Virus record (IMG/VR): IMGVR_UViG_3300045988_141580
Direction: 5' to 3' (one strand)
DNA length: 64,000 bases
Source of the DNA: a virus
Shown one piece after another: positions 9,792 through 20,688 of the stretch (position 1 is the first letter of the stretch; each line of letters starts with the position of its first letter). The position numbers and the translations under genes were made by a program. Below the pieces are notes generated by a model. The model was not told the DNA's origin and ran no database searches. It saw nothing but the letters and a program-made list of their open reading frames with translations.

Positions 9792-10702
9792 ATCTGAACA
9801 TTAGTTACAATATAATTATTTACAACAGTTCGTGCACTAATCTTGCAGAACACATTATCATCCTTAACATAAAGATCAAGAATATTCACCTCATCCCACC
9901 GACCATCTCTGCTAAACATATCCATCATATTCTTTATAATGGTAGGATAGGAAAGGGCTTTCATTGACACACCTATCGCTCTGTCAGCAAAACCATATTC
10001 CGGAAACTCCGGAATTGAACCCTGTATGCTGTTAAGAATTGTATCAAGTGCCTGACGAACTGCTTCATCATATTCAACCGTCACCAAGTCATTTCCGCCA
10101 AACGCAAACTTCTTGTCAATATCCTTGCCAAGTATGCTCTTATCACTCAATGAATCAACAATGTTATCAATCGGTGACACACCGCCTGTCTTAATGTTAA
10201 TCTTAAACATAGGAGAACCGTCATCAGGCGTATAGTCTTCCTCCTCAATCTGATTCGGTCTCGCTATATCAACCCACGAATCATCTGATTCAGAAACACC
10301 AAGTGACTCCGTAACATTTTCAAACGTCTCTCTGGACTTCAGTGTACGCTGAACCACAGTATTGTCCCCATACCGTCCTATAATTGCACTTCTAAACCAC
10401 TTGGAAGAATTATTTATAGTCCAGAGTTTTGTCTGACTATTTGTAAACACATCCAGCAATTCCCAGTAGTCTATAGTGTCCATCTGATTAGCCTTCAAGC
10501 TAAAAAGAGATTCAATTGTCTCAGACTGAAGTATAAGATAATCCAGTTCACTAAACACTTTTTTAGTATCAACAGTCTTACCGTTATAATACTGAACAAT
10601 CGTAGGAAAGGAATTCCGACAGAACAATACAAAGTTCTCAAGATATGACTTGATATCATACCCTGTAATAGTCTGAAATCTTTCAAAAACCCTCGTGTTC
10701 AT
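9788..10702 (-). CDS. Baseplate protein with gp25/GPW-like C-terminal domain
   Basis: C-terminus GSIPEFPEYGFADRAIG...DGRWDEVNILDLYVKDDNVFCKISARTVV resembles the gp25/W fold signature. Confidence 0.55.
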   Translation of the reverse strand: MNTRVFERFQTITGYDIKSYLENFVLFCRNSFPTIVQYYNGKTVDTKKVFSELDYLILQSETIESLFSLKANQMDTIDYWELLDVFTNSQTKLWTINNSSKWFRSAIIGRYGDNTVVQRTLKSRETFENVTESLGVSESDDSWVDIARPNQIEEEDYTPDDGSPMFKINIKTGGVSPIDNIVDSLSDKSILGKDIDKKFAFGGNDLVTVEYDEAVRQALDTILNSIQGSIPEFPEYGFADRAIGVSMKALSYPTIIKNMMDMFSRDGRWDEVNILDLYVKDDNVFCKISARTVVNNYIVTNVQI

Positions 10703-11544
10703 CAGTTCCCTATATTAGTCCAGTCATCAATTTTCATACTTGCCTTTTCACCGAGATCACCAACAACGTTCTTAACTTCCGTGCTGACAATATCCACACT
10801 CCCCTTAATGGCTGAAGCCGCAAGCTGCTTCCATTTCCTGGAATCCTTAACAACTGCATCAAGCGGAGCCACAACAGTCAATCGCAAGTCGTAGTTCCAT
10901 ATCATATTGTTAGAAAGATCCTGATAGAATCGCATTCCGTTGGAAGGAACCACAACCTGATAACTCTCTCCAAATGCCATATTGTAGAAAAATAGACGAA
11001 ACGGTCTCCCCTGATTATCGTGCCCGACACTCTTACTCAACATAGCCTGAAGCATCTTTACGACACCATAGCCCGTCTTTACAGCCGCATTAAATGTCCT
11101 AACCTTTGGAATCTTTCTGCCACTTCCTTCCTGAAGGGAATAAAGATCGTACTTCCCTGCTTTCATACTATAAGCCTGAGCACCACCAAAGACATCATTG
11201 CTGATACCTACAAGATTCTTAAACCCACGCCCAAAATTACCTTGGAGAACAATCTCTCCGAGTGGAAGTGCTGAATTTTGCAAAACAGTTACACCACTCA
11301 ATGACTTCTTAATGGACGTACGATTTTGCTCCACCTTGGACAATGAATTGGGCATTATAGGAAAGGTGAGATAATCTATCGTCTTATTGTCAGCCGTGGC
11401 CAGCTCCAAGGCAACCATATACCACTCAAACTCGTGTGGCATCATTGTCGCAATAGCCTGAAGGCCGATGTTCTTGGCAAGCCGCATCGCCTCATTTATC
11501 ACGGTGTTTCCACGATTCTGCAAGTATTCCGTCACATCTGACAT
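10702..11544 (-). CDS. Hypothetical baseplate/tail protein
   Basis: 280-aa ORF in the baseplate block. Confidence 0.7.
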   Translation of the reverse strand: MSDVTEYLQNRGNTVINEAMRLAKNIGLQAIATMMPHEFEWYMVALELATADNKTIDYLTFPIMPNSLSKVEQNRTSIKKSLSGVTVLQNSALPLGEIVLQGNFGRGFKNLVGISNDVFGGAQAYSMKAGKYDLYSLQEGSGRKIPKVRTFNAAVKTGYGVVKMLQAMLSKSVGHDNQGRPFRLFFYNMAFGESYQVVVPSNGMRFYQDLSNNMIWNYDLRLTVVAPLDAVVKDSRKWKQLAASAIKGSVDIVSTEVKNVVGDLGEKASMKIDDWTNIGN

Positions 11545-11563
11545 AATTCACCCATTCTTTTAT

Positions 11564-11572
11564 GCAAAGATA
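11564..11572 (-). promoter_or_regulatory. Isolated Bacteroidota-type -7 box (TATCTTTGC)
   Basis: Matches TAnnTTTG 20 nt upstream of ATG 11544; no -33 element seen. Confidence 0.3.
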
Positions 11573-11577
11573 CAAAA

Positions 11578-11811
11578 TTATATCAAAGTTCCAGGTGCAG
11601 TGGTCGCCCCAGTTTGAGCTGCTGCTGTTCCTGCGGTGGCCACTGGAATTCCTGGAGCAACCTGTGCTGTTTTAATATATCCATCTATGATATTAGCGAA
11701 CTTCTGAGCCATAGCCATATCATCAATCTCCGTGACGTTACGCATCTCCTGAAAGAACCCATATAACTGTGTAGCCAGATTCTGAGGTACAAGTGCCATA
11801 ATTCTATTCAT
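11578..11811 (-). CDS. Small hypothetical protein
   Basis: 77-aa ORF with an Ala/Gly/Thr-rich C-terminus. Confidence 0.55.
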   Translation of the reverse strand: MNRIMALVPQNLATQLYGFFQEMRNVTEIDDMAMAQKFANIIDGYIKTAQVAPGIPVATAGTAAAQTGATTAPGTLI

Positions 11812-12955
11812 TAAAAAATTGATTCAACTTCTGCTTCAACTGTGTGGTGGCCTGAATAGTAGGAGGAAGTGGTGTGCCACTCGGACCCATAGAGGTCGCC
11901 ACCGTCAACTTTTCTATCGTATCAACAAGCAAGGAAAGAATATCATTCATTCCAGTACCAGAATTAATTATTGCCACTTTACCCTCCCTTAGCTCTATCT
12001 TGGTGTCTTCACCCTGTTGAAGAACCGCAAGCTTTTCCTTTAGGGTGAAAATAATGTCCTTAAATTCGATTTTGTACTCTTCATCAGTGATTGTGTGAGT
12101 AAACTGCACTTTATCATCCTTAATCGCCGATTTTGCGATAAACCCCTCCTTGTTGATGTCAACATTATACTTCGTTACATCATCATCCTCACAAAAGTAC
12201 TCCTCACAGGACACACCATCCTTGGTGATATGAGCCTTGGTATAGTTCACCTTTTCAACATCTTCCTCACCCACGGAATAATTGGCCGCAATATCAACAC
12301 TATCCTTTGTGACAACAACACCTGTCTGATCCAGATTATCAGGGTTCTCCAGCTGTATATCTATCTTCTCATAGGAACGCACTCGAAGTTCCTTTCCAGA
12401 TTCAACGGACACAAGACCGTCAGACTTCACCTCAAGAACGGACTTCTCATCACCAAGCACGGACACTCTAACAGTGCCACCACTCTTTTCTTGACCGTGA
12501 ACAACAACATTCAGTGAGCCGTCCTTGGCATCAGCCGTAACATCAACATATCCCTTGTCCCATTCCTTATGAATCTCAATTGTCTGATCCGTGCCAAGCC
12601 GCATTCTATCACCGCTCGGAAACGTACCCACAACCATAGGTCTATTGAATATAGTAGGCTGTGCCACCCACACAACAGGGTCTCCAATGTCACCAACACC
12701 CCTCGGAAACTTTAGATTAGCAAGAACCTCATTAGTGGCATAACACTGCTTCAGATATGTCCCCTGACTTTCATCATAGAGATCGATTCGTCCTGTACGA
12801 TAACAGTCCGCAACATACTGATCTCTATCAACCCCTGATGGAACAATCACACGAGCAAGCCCCACATTCTGACTACCCAAGTCAGCTGTGACAGGCGTGA
12901 CCCCCTCCTTGTATCCTGAAAGGTCAACATATATTTTCTGATCAAACATACCCAT
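11804..12955 (-). CDS. Putative baseplate hub/spike protein
   Basis: 383 aa, beta-rich, directly downstream of the hub-lysin gene. The call rests on position only. Confidence 0.4.
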   Translation of the reverse strand: MGMFDQKIYVDLSGYKEGVTPVTADLGSQNVGLARVIVPSGVDRDQYVADCYRTGRIDLYDESQGTYLKQCYATNEVLANLKFPRGVGDIGDPVVWVAQPTIFNRPMVVGTFPSGDRMRLGTDQTIEIHKEWDKGYVDVTADAKDGSLNVVVHGQEKSGGTVRVSVLGDEKSVLEVKSDGLVSVESGKELRVRSYEKIDIQLENPDNLDQTGVVVTKDSVDIAANYSVGEEDVEKVNYTKAHITKDGVSCEEYFCEDDDVTKYNVDINKEGFIAKSAIKDDKVQFTHTITDEEYKIEFKDIIFTLKEKLAVLQQGEDTKIELREGKVAIINSGTGMNDILSLLVDTIEKLTVATSMGPSGTPLPPTIQATTQLKQKLNQFFNE

Positions 12956-12956
12956 A

Positions 12957-15674
12957 TTAAACCTCCTTAGAACTTACAATCTTATCTGATGAAAATACAG
13001 CAAGATTTCCTTCTCCTTCAAACAATTCTCCAGTTGATATGGTGGCACTCCACACATTTTTCACAAACTGCCTACGCCCCAAGAAAAAGTTAAAAACATC
13101 ACCCTCACGAGTAAGCGTGGTATTAAACTCCGTGTTGGCCACACCAGAGGTCAAGGCTTTTTTAAGTGCATCCTTAAGACCGTCTATATTCACGATATTA
13201 AAATAGTTATACTTCTCATTCGTGATATAGTCAACCACCATTCCTCGTTCAACGGTAAGCACTGTCTGTCTTTCCAAGCTGGATTCACTAAATGAAACAC
13301 TCTGCTGCACTCCCGTGACGTAAAATATCTCATTAGTGGCCTCAAGATGAACGAATGTTCCAACCTTAATACGTCTATCACCGTTAACGATTATCGTCCC
13401 CTTGCGAGTGAATGGGAGGTACGCTGTGCTCTCTATCGCATAAATATAATCAGCCGCCAAAGTGGTGAATAATGAATTCGTCTTCTCCTCTGACTTATTG
13501 CCACCAAGATAAGCGGAAAGCACATACGGATCCTGCACAATACATCGCTTATTTCCAAAGACCTTAACATAGGCATCCAAATAAAACACTGGAATAATAA
13601 TGGACACTGTATTGGCATCCAATCCAGGAATAAGCCCATCAGCCGGAACTATTTTATACCACGAATAAACCCTGTTATCAAATGACAGATTAAAGTTAAA
13701 CAAGTCCTCATCAGCAATGTCAATATAGGATTCAGCGGAAGCTCCTTGACTGTTCTTGGCATAATACATCGTCTGAATGGACGACTTGTCAAACGGTGGC
13801 TTGCGAATTATCAGGTCATACCCTGCACCCCAAGTGTCACCAAGTATCTCCACAAACGGCTCCTTGCACGTCGACCGAATGAAATCCGCTACACTGCCAT
13901 CAGGATTCACAAGAGCATTATTATAGAAGATTCTGCTGTCAAGTTGATTATCACACCATATCTTAAATAGCCGCCAGACACCCTTTGGATCAAAAGCTTC
14001 CTCGGCAGTCGCATCCAGATATCTATCACAAGCCTGAAATAAACCATTCGGAACCATCTCTATCTGGGAACACTTCTCAAAAATAAACCCAAGACTGGAC
14101 TTAATGGACTGAAAATACATTCCAAAGGCAATCATTCCGTCACCATTTCTACGAAGCCAAGGACTTTCATCACTTGTCATCAGCATCATATTATGGGCAG
14201 AACCAAATATGGAATTAAATGGAATAAAACTTATACCGTCATCTTCAAATAATTTCGAAAAATCTCTGCCCTCTATGGATACTGCATAGGAATCGCCATC
14301 ATAATTGATACTGCTTGTAACATTGTCCACAAAGCCAATCATATCCCAGATAAGCGAATCCGTCAAATCAGTGTTGGCCTTAACAAGTGAATCGTTACCA
14401 TCAACCTGATACTTCTTCTCCATCTGAAGTTCCTCAAACCGAAGCCAAACCATATCGTTCTGCTGCATAAAGACACTAAACCAATCCAATGTCTTAGAAT
14501 AGCCCAATGCCTTGTCCGCATCTGAATCATTATTCTTTCCTTTAAGTTCAACATCGGCATTAAACCTGTTCACTTCATTGTAATTGAATCCAGCAACATT
14601 CTTGGCTATCTTAACTGGATTAACCTGAATGGAAAATGAACCGTTAAAACCACTCTTGCTTGTGGAGGCAGAAAGAACATAGGGTGAAATATCCACAAGC
14701 CGCCCAAATGCCCTGCTCCAAACCCAAATCTTGGCATTAAGATTCTTCTGCTGCACCACAACATTCCCAAGTGGATTCTTCCACACAGACTGATATAGTG
14801 GGTCACTCGTTATCTTCTTTATGTTATCAGCCCAATACATCACAGCGGTCTTGTCTGGAACTGCAAACACATCAGAATTCTCAAATTTCACTCTTTGTGC
14901 CTCCAAATCCACAGACTTAACCAATAATCGTGTTCCCACCTTGACATAAGGCACTTTGCCGTTCTCAATATCAGCCTTGTACTTAATCTTTTCCGTAGGA
15001 GAGAACATCTCCACAATGCGTTCCAGATTTGTCTGATTACCGTCAGTGAACTCCAGCCAGTCCTCATTCGGCTTGCCGTCATCACCAAAGGTAAATCCAA
15101 GCTTCTTCAAGGCCTCATTAAGTTTCTCAATAGTAATGTTACCCTGCTCATCAGCACCGTCCGTCTTCTGCGTCGTATAAAGACAATATTGGCCTATCAC
15201 TTCGTTCACAGGAAATTCAACCTGAACATCAGCACCGTCAGATGAATCCTCCATCTTCTTCTGATGCTTTGCAACCCCAATATAGGAAATATGGACAAAC
15301 CCCTGCTTACTATAAGGAATTATCTGCGTATAGGGAACCCCAAGCTCGTCAACTTTCTTCATCACGGTCTCACAGTCAACCCGTTCCTTCTTACCATTCG
15401 TAACCTTATAAAAATTACAGTCAGCCGCACAACCTATCAAATGATGAGATGAATCCACTCCACCAACCTCCTTGTTCAACTGCTTTGACCTATATCCCGA
15501 GCTAATTATATTAATCCACCCTGTCGCATCATTTATGGGTTGCAAGGTAGATACACAGAGCCTTCGAATATTTGACTTATATTGCTCCGGAATGGAATTG
15601 TCCCACCCCTTTTTTGCCGCTGTTCCAGAACGTGAAAACTCGGCATAGGAATAATTCTTGCTTATATCACCCAT
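12957..15674 (-). CDS. Tail/baseplate hub protein with N-terminal peptidase M15 (VanY/L-Ala-D-Glu peptidase-like) domain
   Basis: 905 aa following the tape measure. SGYRSKQLNKEVGGVDSSHHLIGCAADC matches the SxxR...GG..S.H..G.A.D zinc-peptidase motif. Confidence 0.7.
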   Translation of the reverse strand: MGDISKNYSYAEFSRSGTAAKKGWDNSIPEQYKSNIRRLCVSTLQPINDATGWINIISSGYRSKQLNKEVGGVDSSHHLIGCAADCNFYKVTNGKKERVDCETVMKKVDELGVPYTQIIPYSKQGFVHISYIGVAKHQKKMEDSSDGADVQVEFPVNEVIGQYCLYTTQKTDGADEQGNITIEKLNEALKKLGFTFGDDGKPNEDWLEFTDGNQTNLERIVEMFSPTEKIKYKADIENGKVPYVKVGTRLLVKSVDLEAQRVKFENSDVFAVPDKTAVMYWADNIKKITSDPLYQSVWKNPLGNVVVQQKNLNAKIWVWSRAFGRLVDISPYVLSASTSKSGFNGSFSIQVNPVKIAKNVAGFNYNEVNRFNADVELKGKNNDSDADKALGYSKTLDWFSVFMQQNDMVWLRFEELQMEKKYQVDGNDSLVKANTDLTDSLIWDMIGFVDNVTSSINYDGDSYAVSIEGRDFSKLFEDDGISFIPFNSIFGSAHNMMLMTSDESPWLRRNGDGMIAFGMYFQSIKSSLGFIFEKCSQIEMVPNGLFQACDRYLDATAEEAFDPKGVWRLFKIWCDNQLDSRIFYNNALVNPDGSVADFIRSTCKEPFVEILGDTWGAGYDLIIRKPPFDKSSIQTMYYAKNSQGASAESYIDIADEDLFNFNLSFDNRVYSWYKIVPADGLIPGLDANTVSIIIPVFYLDAYVKVFGNKRCIVQDPYVLSAYLGGNKSEEKTNSLFTTLAADYIYAIESTAYLPFTRKGTIIVNGDRRIKVGTFVHLEATNEIFYVTGVQQSVSFSESSLERQTVLTVERGMVVDYITNEKYNYFNIVNIDGLKDALKKALTSGVANTEFNTTLTREGDVFNFFLGRRQFVKNVWSATISTGELFEGEGNLAVFSSDKIVSSKEV

Positions 15675-15684
15675 AATCTTTCAA

Positions 15685-17853
15685 TTACCTACCACCACCT
15701 CCGGCAGAATAGCCTGAGGCTCCTCTACCGCTAACATAACTTGACGTTGACCCTTGACCTGCTGCTCTTGCAGACACACTCTTTATATTAACGTCAATAC
15801 CACTATTCACCATTTGAAGCAATGTATCCAGATTCTTTTCTATCTGCTTAAAGGACTTAAACCAATCTTTATCACCACGTTGATAGGCATCCTGCTGCAT
15901 CTTACCTGCAACGATATTTCTATTGGCCGTTCCTGCTTCACTTCTCTCCTGATCCGTCACCATCGCAGCCGCTTCATCCTCAGAAAACTCCTTTCCTAAA
16001 ATACCACTGCTGTAAATGGAATCTATATCAAGATTTCCATTCCTGTCATATAAGAAATTGGTTCCATTTCTGGCTGCATTACGTTTGGCTGTTCGCAACT
16101 GTGATGCACTTATTCCAAGTGTAGAAGAAAGTGTTGTCTCAAAGAAGTCCTTATTACCCCCAGACATATTCCAGAGATTATTTATCAGGGTTTTCATCGT
16201 TGCCCCCTCAGGATGCTCCAGTTCAGCCTGTAAATCAAGCAATGAACCACCCTTTCCTGACATGGTGGCTGCTTGCATAATCAAGGCTCGAGACATCTGA
16301 GAACCTGACATCGTATTACCTGCAAAGGACTGTGCCATAGAAGACAGATTCTGCCCCTGAACTCCTCTGGCAGTCAACCCTTGAATGATGTTACGCAATT
16401 CCTCCGAATCAAACGCACCTGTCTGTCCGATAATGGAATTCGCCACCTGTGTATATGAACTAAGATCCTCCTGAAGACGAACTGACCTTTCAAAAGGATC
16501 ACTCGTCTGTCTTTGTAGTGACGCAAGCAACCCTCCAGCAATCTTATCAGCACTCAATGAACCATTCTGATATCTATTAGCCGCATACATAGCTGATAAA
16601 GTGCCCTTATCCAACCCATAGGTCTTTTCAGCAAGCATCGTCTGCCAGATAGATTCATTATCAGCATTCCTCAATGATACGGCTGCTCGCCTATAATCAT
16701 AGAGATCAGAAGCCATCTCAGAAATATTCTTTCCAAGAACGATGGAACCTCTATTATGAACCTCCATTTCTGGAACCTTATGGCTCATATACTCATTCCA
16801 AGCCCCAAGTCCATACCCACCTAAAAATCCAGCAAAAGCACCAATTCCACCACCAATCGCACTACCTATTCCTGGGGTCACTGCTGTACCTATTGCGGCT
16901 CCTCCTGCACCCAGAGATCCAGCCAATTGAATAGCCTTTGAAAGAGCACGAGAATATTCAGGATTATCATCATCCTTACCAAGAACCTTGGAACCTCTGA
17001 TCTGATAATTAAAAGCTTCATCAATGCCTGTGCCATTCATCAAGGCCGTCTGGTATTGAGCACCACGATTATTCCAATAGGCAGTAAGATTTTCACGAGT
17101 GGTCTCTACATTTCGCCCTCTGCTACTAAATGGAAGCCAACTCCAGACATCCAAGCGTTCAAGTTCTCGTTCAATAGAAGAACCTGCTCTATAAACATTT
17201 GTCTGTGCACGATATGTATCCTGAAAAGCCTTAATCAATCCAGCTCCGGCAACACCAAGCCCAGCCAGACCCATCAACTTTCCAAAACCACCAACAAAAT
17301 CTCCGGAAGCAATAGACTGAAGACCACCCTGAACATCAGGTCTTAAAAAGGAACCACCCTCTTCATCACCCTCTTCACGTTGTTCACCTCCTCTCGGCTG
17401 CAAAGGTCTTCCACCAACAGTCTGATTCTTATTAAATATCTTATTCAGCGTGTCACGAATCTGCTCAAGAATGGACTTTCGTGAGTTAGAATCATTGTCA
17501 ACAACATTCGGATTATCAGACACCCCACGCTGATTATCAAGTTGTTGACTTCTCTGTTGTGTAAGATACTGATTACGCTGATTCTCAACCACTCGATTAT
17601 AATTATTCTGATAATACAACCGAGTAAGATTAAAGTAATCATCATTGGCCTGTTGATTATTACCTGCACCAACTTCATTATAGGAGCGTGTCAGATCGTT
17701 AAACTGCCGATATATCCTATCGGCATCCTGACCTGTAATTCGCTCCTGGCTTTGTTGAATCTTCTCAAGATCTCTGTACAGATTGTTTACCTCCGCCCTG
17801 AATCGCTCAATTCCGGAAGTATCCGTGGTCACTCTAATCTGCTTATCAGCCAT
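15685..17853 (-). CDS. Tape measure protein
   Basis: 722 aa, Gln/Asn-rich helical ends and Gly-rich hydrophobic central segments. Lies between the chaperones and the hub. Confidence 0.75.
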   Translation of the reverse strand: MADKQIRVTTDTSGIERFRAEVNNLYRDLEKIQQSQERITGQDADRIYRQFNDLTRSYNEVGAGNNQQANDDYFNLTRLYYQNNYNRVVENQRNQYLTQQRSQQLDNQRGVSDNPNVVDNDSNSRKSILEQIRDTLNKIFNKNQTVGGRPLQPRGGEQREEGDEEGGSFLRPDVQGGLQSIASGDFVGGFGKLMGLAGLGVAGAGLIKAFQDTYRAQTNVYRAGSSIERELERLDVWSWLPFSSRGRNVETTRENLTAYWNNRGAQYQTALMNGTGIDEAFNYQIRGSKVLGKDDDNPEYSRALSKAIQLAGSLGAGGAAIGTAVTPGIGSAIGGGIGAFAGFLGGYGLGAWNEYMSHKVPEMEVHNRGSIVLGKNISEMASDLYDYRRAAVSLRNADNESIWQTMLAEKTYGLDKGTLSAMYAANRYQNGSLSADKIAGGLLASLQRQTSDPFERSVRLQEDLSSYTQVANSIIGQTGAFDSEELRNIIQGLTARGVQGQNLSSMAQSFAGNTMSGSQMSRALIMQAATMSGKGGSLLDLQAELEHPEGATMKTLINNLWNMSGGNKDFFETTLSSTLGISASQLRTAKRNAARNGTNFLYDRNGNLDIDSIYSSGILGKEFSEDEAAAMVTDQERSEAGTANRNIVAGKMQQDAYQRGDKDWFKSFKQIEKNLDTLLQMVNSGIDVNIKSVSARAAGQGSTSSYVSGRGASGYSAGGGGR

Positions 17854-18163
17854 TTTCTTCCACCTTTAACATTTCATCAATTTCCCTCTGCGCCTCCTTT
17901 GTAAAATCCTCCAGAGTGGCTGAAGTTCTAAATATGTCACCACTTCCAGGAATATAAACTTCGTTGTCCTTTATAGTGGCCGCTTCAGTAACCGCCTTGG
18001 AAAATAGTTTGTCCTCCTCAAACTCAAATAGTTGATATAAGAAGGAAGATTCCCTGTGAACAGGAGACATAAATGCGACTTCGTGCTTGTTGCGCCACCA
18101 CCTGTCCAAAGGGAATCGATTATTCCAACTGACGATTGCCTGTTCCAATTCGGAACGTTCCAT
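17846..18163 (-). CDS. Tail assembly chaperone-position protein (distal)
   Basis: 105-aa ORF between the tube and the tape measure. Confidence 0.5.
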   Translation of the reverse strand: MERSELEQAIVSWNNRFPLDRWWRNKHEVAFMSPVHRESSFLYQLFEFEEDKLFSKAVTEAATIKDNEVYIPGSGDIFRTSATLEDFTKEAQREIDEMLKVEENG

Positions 18164-18164
18164 A

Positions 18165-18524
18165 TTACTTCACATTTTCAGCGTCCGTTATGCCGTGCAA
18201 GGCGTCATTCACCGACTTAAAGAACGGTGCAACCTGCTTCAAATAGGCAGTCTTAACATCAAGATAATCTCGAATGTCAAGCTCCGTAATAGGAACTTTC
18301 AGATCCTTAATAAGGTCTGGACACATTATCGTAAGGGTAGCTTCGATATCAATCATATCCAACGCATCCTGCACACTGCGAAGCGGACTCTGAACCATCA
18401 TATTGTAGTTACCACGACCCAAAGACTGCTTCAAAGCTTCAATGCCGTAATACTGACCCACTGTCGGAAACTTAATCGTATATTCGTGCCCCTTAACGAC
18501 AAATTTTACTTCCTCTTGTAACAT
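18165..18524 (-). CDS. Tail assembly chaperone-position protein (proximal)
   Basis: 119-aa ORF directly after the tube gene. Confidence 0.5.
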   Translation of the reverse strand: MLQEEVKFVVKGHEYTIKFPTVGQYYGIEALKQSLGRGNYNMMVQSPLRSVQDALDMIDIEATLTIMCPDLIKDLKVPITELDIRDYLDVKTAYLKQVAPFFKSVNDALHGITDAENVK

Positions 18525-18547
18525 AATCCTCTTTTCTTTTTATAACG

Positions 18548-19036
18548 TTACTTCGCCATGGAAATCGGCTCCAGATAGATACCCTGAATGTTCACACCTG
18601 CAAGCCCTGCTTCGGAGAGCTGGAAGGACTGTGAATTCAGCAAGCACCCCTGAAGACGAGCTATCGTCTGACCTGTGTTGTCAACCTCTGTCACAAGTTT
18701 GGTCTGTTGATCCTCTGACTGAACGGTCTTGGAATAGACGGTAATGTCAAAGGCAATGTCACCAAGAACAAGACTGTTCTTGATTTCAGCGATAGTTCCA
18801 AACTTCTTCAGCATCTTCTTCATCACTGGAGTGTCAAAGGAGATGAAGTACTGATCAACCTGCCATTGACAGGTATAAACAACAGGCGGAGCCTCCTGAT
18901 AAGTAAGGCTGCCAAGACCCTGCACGTTGGCTCTCTGCACATTCTCAGAGAATGTCAGGTTGCGGACATATCCCGCAACCTGATTATCTATCTTGATGAA
19001 TGCCTTTGGAGCTGTAAAAACTTTTCCTCTGCTCAT
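18548..19036 (-). CDS. Tail tube protein
   Basis: 162-aa ORF immediately downstream of the sheath gene. Confidence 0.7.
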   Translation of the reverse strand: MSRGKVFTAPKAFIKIDNQVAGYVRNLTFSENVQRANVQGLGSLTYQEAPPVVYTCQWQVDQYFISFDTPVMKKMLKKFGTIAEIKNSLVLGDIAFDITVYSKTVQSEDQQTKLVTEVDNTGQTIARLQGCLLNSQSFQLSEAGLAGVNIQGIYLEPISMAK

Positions 19037-19053
19037 AATATTCTCTCATTTAA

Positions 19054-20688
19054 TTAGTTTCTGAGAAGGAATCCCGTAAAGAATATCTTCGTCACCTCGT
19101 TATTGAGAACAACCTCATAGGAAACATGATAACAGTCATCCACCCTCTTGGCAACAACATTCTGGAACCTCTGAATCAGGTTGTCCTGCTGATCCGTGGC
19201 CACCCTCGTCTGGAGGAAATTGGCTGTCCAGGTCTCAAGAGCGCCCTTTGACAGTGTGTTGATATTCACACCGTTCTCATCCCCAAGGAGATCAATGGAA
19301 GCATTCACGACACACTCCTTATTCAGTTGTGCGATGATACGCATAAACTGAATGCTGAATGACGCACCCTTTTTGTTGAAGAGCAACCTATTGTCCTGAA
19401 GAGTAGTAACACCCTGAAGAACCACGAACCTTTGAAGATATGGATTAGGATACACAACCACAAGACCGAACTTAAGAGCCTTCTCCATTTCCTTCTCGGT
19501 AGGAATGTGCTGAAGCTTGTCACCACCGATAGTCTTATTTGTCACTGGGATATAAGGTGGTTTTCCAGACACCCTGCCGACAATCTGACACAAATTATAG
19601 AACACCGTCCACCATCTAAATCCTGATGCCGTAGAGTCAGAAGCCGTGGCCACACCACCGTGAACAGCAACTATCCATTGATTGTTCATGGCCTTGGCCA
19701 CATTCAAAGAATCATTGAATTTTGCCTTTGTGCTGTACGCACCAACATAGACAAACTTGTCAAACTTCGCCTGTGTGTTACGATGAGCAATCACTTTCTT
19801 CTGTTGAGCGGAATTAGCATTAGCCTCAATCTGATCCGTGAACACAATGTTGTAGTCCACATCCGGAATGGCGTTAAGAAGATCATCAAGATCAGTCGGC
19901 TTGTAGTCTTCCGTGCCACCATCCGCAAGAACATAGGTGTCCAGTGTTGGATTAGTGATGGAATCACCGTCCGTGTAACGAGATTCAGCATCAAGAATAA
20001 ATCTTGCACCAAAGTTCTCGTCAACATTAGCCCACGCAATCAAATCCTGAATTGTCTTAACCTCAGGAGACTGACAGATAAGCAACGGCTCCGCCTGTGC
20101 AACAGTGAGCTCGTCATAGGATAGCGTCACTCCTGTCACAGGATCAGTGTAGTCGCCTGTGTAGGTTCCTCTCCAGAACTTCACCACAAAGGCTGATTCA
20201 TCATCAGTTCCTTGCTCTATCGTGTAGGCATAGCCATACTTCAGATATTCACCGTCAAGAACACCGTTGGCATTCAAGCCCTCGTCAATCGTCCTAACGA
20301 TAAACTTGCTGTTTCCGGAAGCAAACTGCATCTTCGCAGGAGTTGTCGTACAGGCACGAGCAAACAAAAGTCTGCTAATGCCAGCCGCATCCTGATTATA
20401 AGGGTCTGGAGTGAAAAGGGCTTCGGCAGCCTTCCAATACATACCGCCCTTAACAAAGTCTCTGAATGTCTGCAAGTCATCAAACTCGTAGACGGCATCC
20501 TTCCCCTGCTTGTCAACACCGTTCACGCCGGAGCCACCGCCCCAACCACCACCAAAAACTCCAGTGTCTATGAGGAGCACCGTGCCATAGTCAAGAGTTC
20601 TGGTCTGGGTGTTATCTCCGGAAGTGATGGTTGAGTACACCCCAGGGAGTGTCCTCATCTTACCGTTGAAATAAACACTTGTCGCCAT
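19054..20688 (-). CDS. Contractile tail sheath protein
   Basis: 544 aa; the N-terminal RTLPGVYSTI resembles the sheath PGVY motif; followed by the tube gene. Confidence 0.8.
   Translation of the reverse strand: MATSVYFNGKMRTLPGVYSTITSGDNTQTRTLDYGTVLLIDTGVFGGGWGGGSGVNGVDKQGKDAVYEFDDLQTFRDFVKGGMYWKAAEALFTPDPYNQDAAGISRLLFARACTTTPAKMQFASGNSKFIVRTIDEGLNANGVLDGEYLKYGYAYTIEQGTDDESAFVVKFWRGTYTGDYTDPVTGVTLSYDELTVAQAEPLLICQSPEVKTIQDLIAWANVDENFGARFILDAESRYTDGDSITNPTLDTYVLADGGTEDYKPTDLDDLLNAIPDVDYNIVFTDQIEANANSAQQKKVIAHRNTQAKFDKFVYVGAYSTKAKFNDSLNVAKAMNNQWIVAVHGGVATASDSTASGFRWWTVFYNLCQIVGRVSGKPPYIPVTNKTIGGDKLQHIPTEKEMEKALKFGLVVVYPNPYLQRFVVLQGVTTLQDNRLLFNKKGASFSIQFMRIIAQLNKECVVNASIDLLGDENGVNINTLSKGALETWTANFLQTRVATDQQDNLIQRFQNVVAKRVDDCYHVSYEVVLNNEVTKIFFTGFLLRN

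Noticed and set aside
17846-18524. Programmed -1 frameshift between the two chaperone-position genes upstream of the tape measure (the gpG/gpGT paradigm).
   Set aside because: The downstream frame is closed by a TGA three codons upstream of its ATG, and the upstream ORF ends only 2 nt before that ATG. There is no overlap window or slippery heptamer, so these look like two separate genes.
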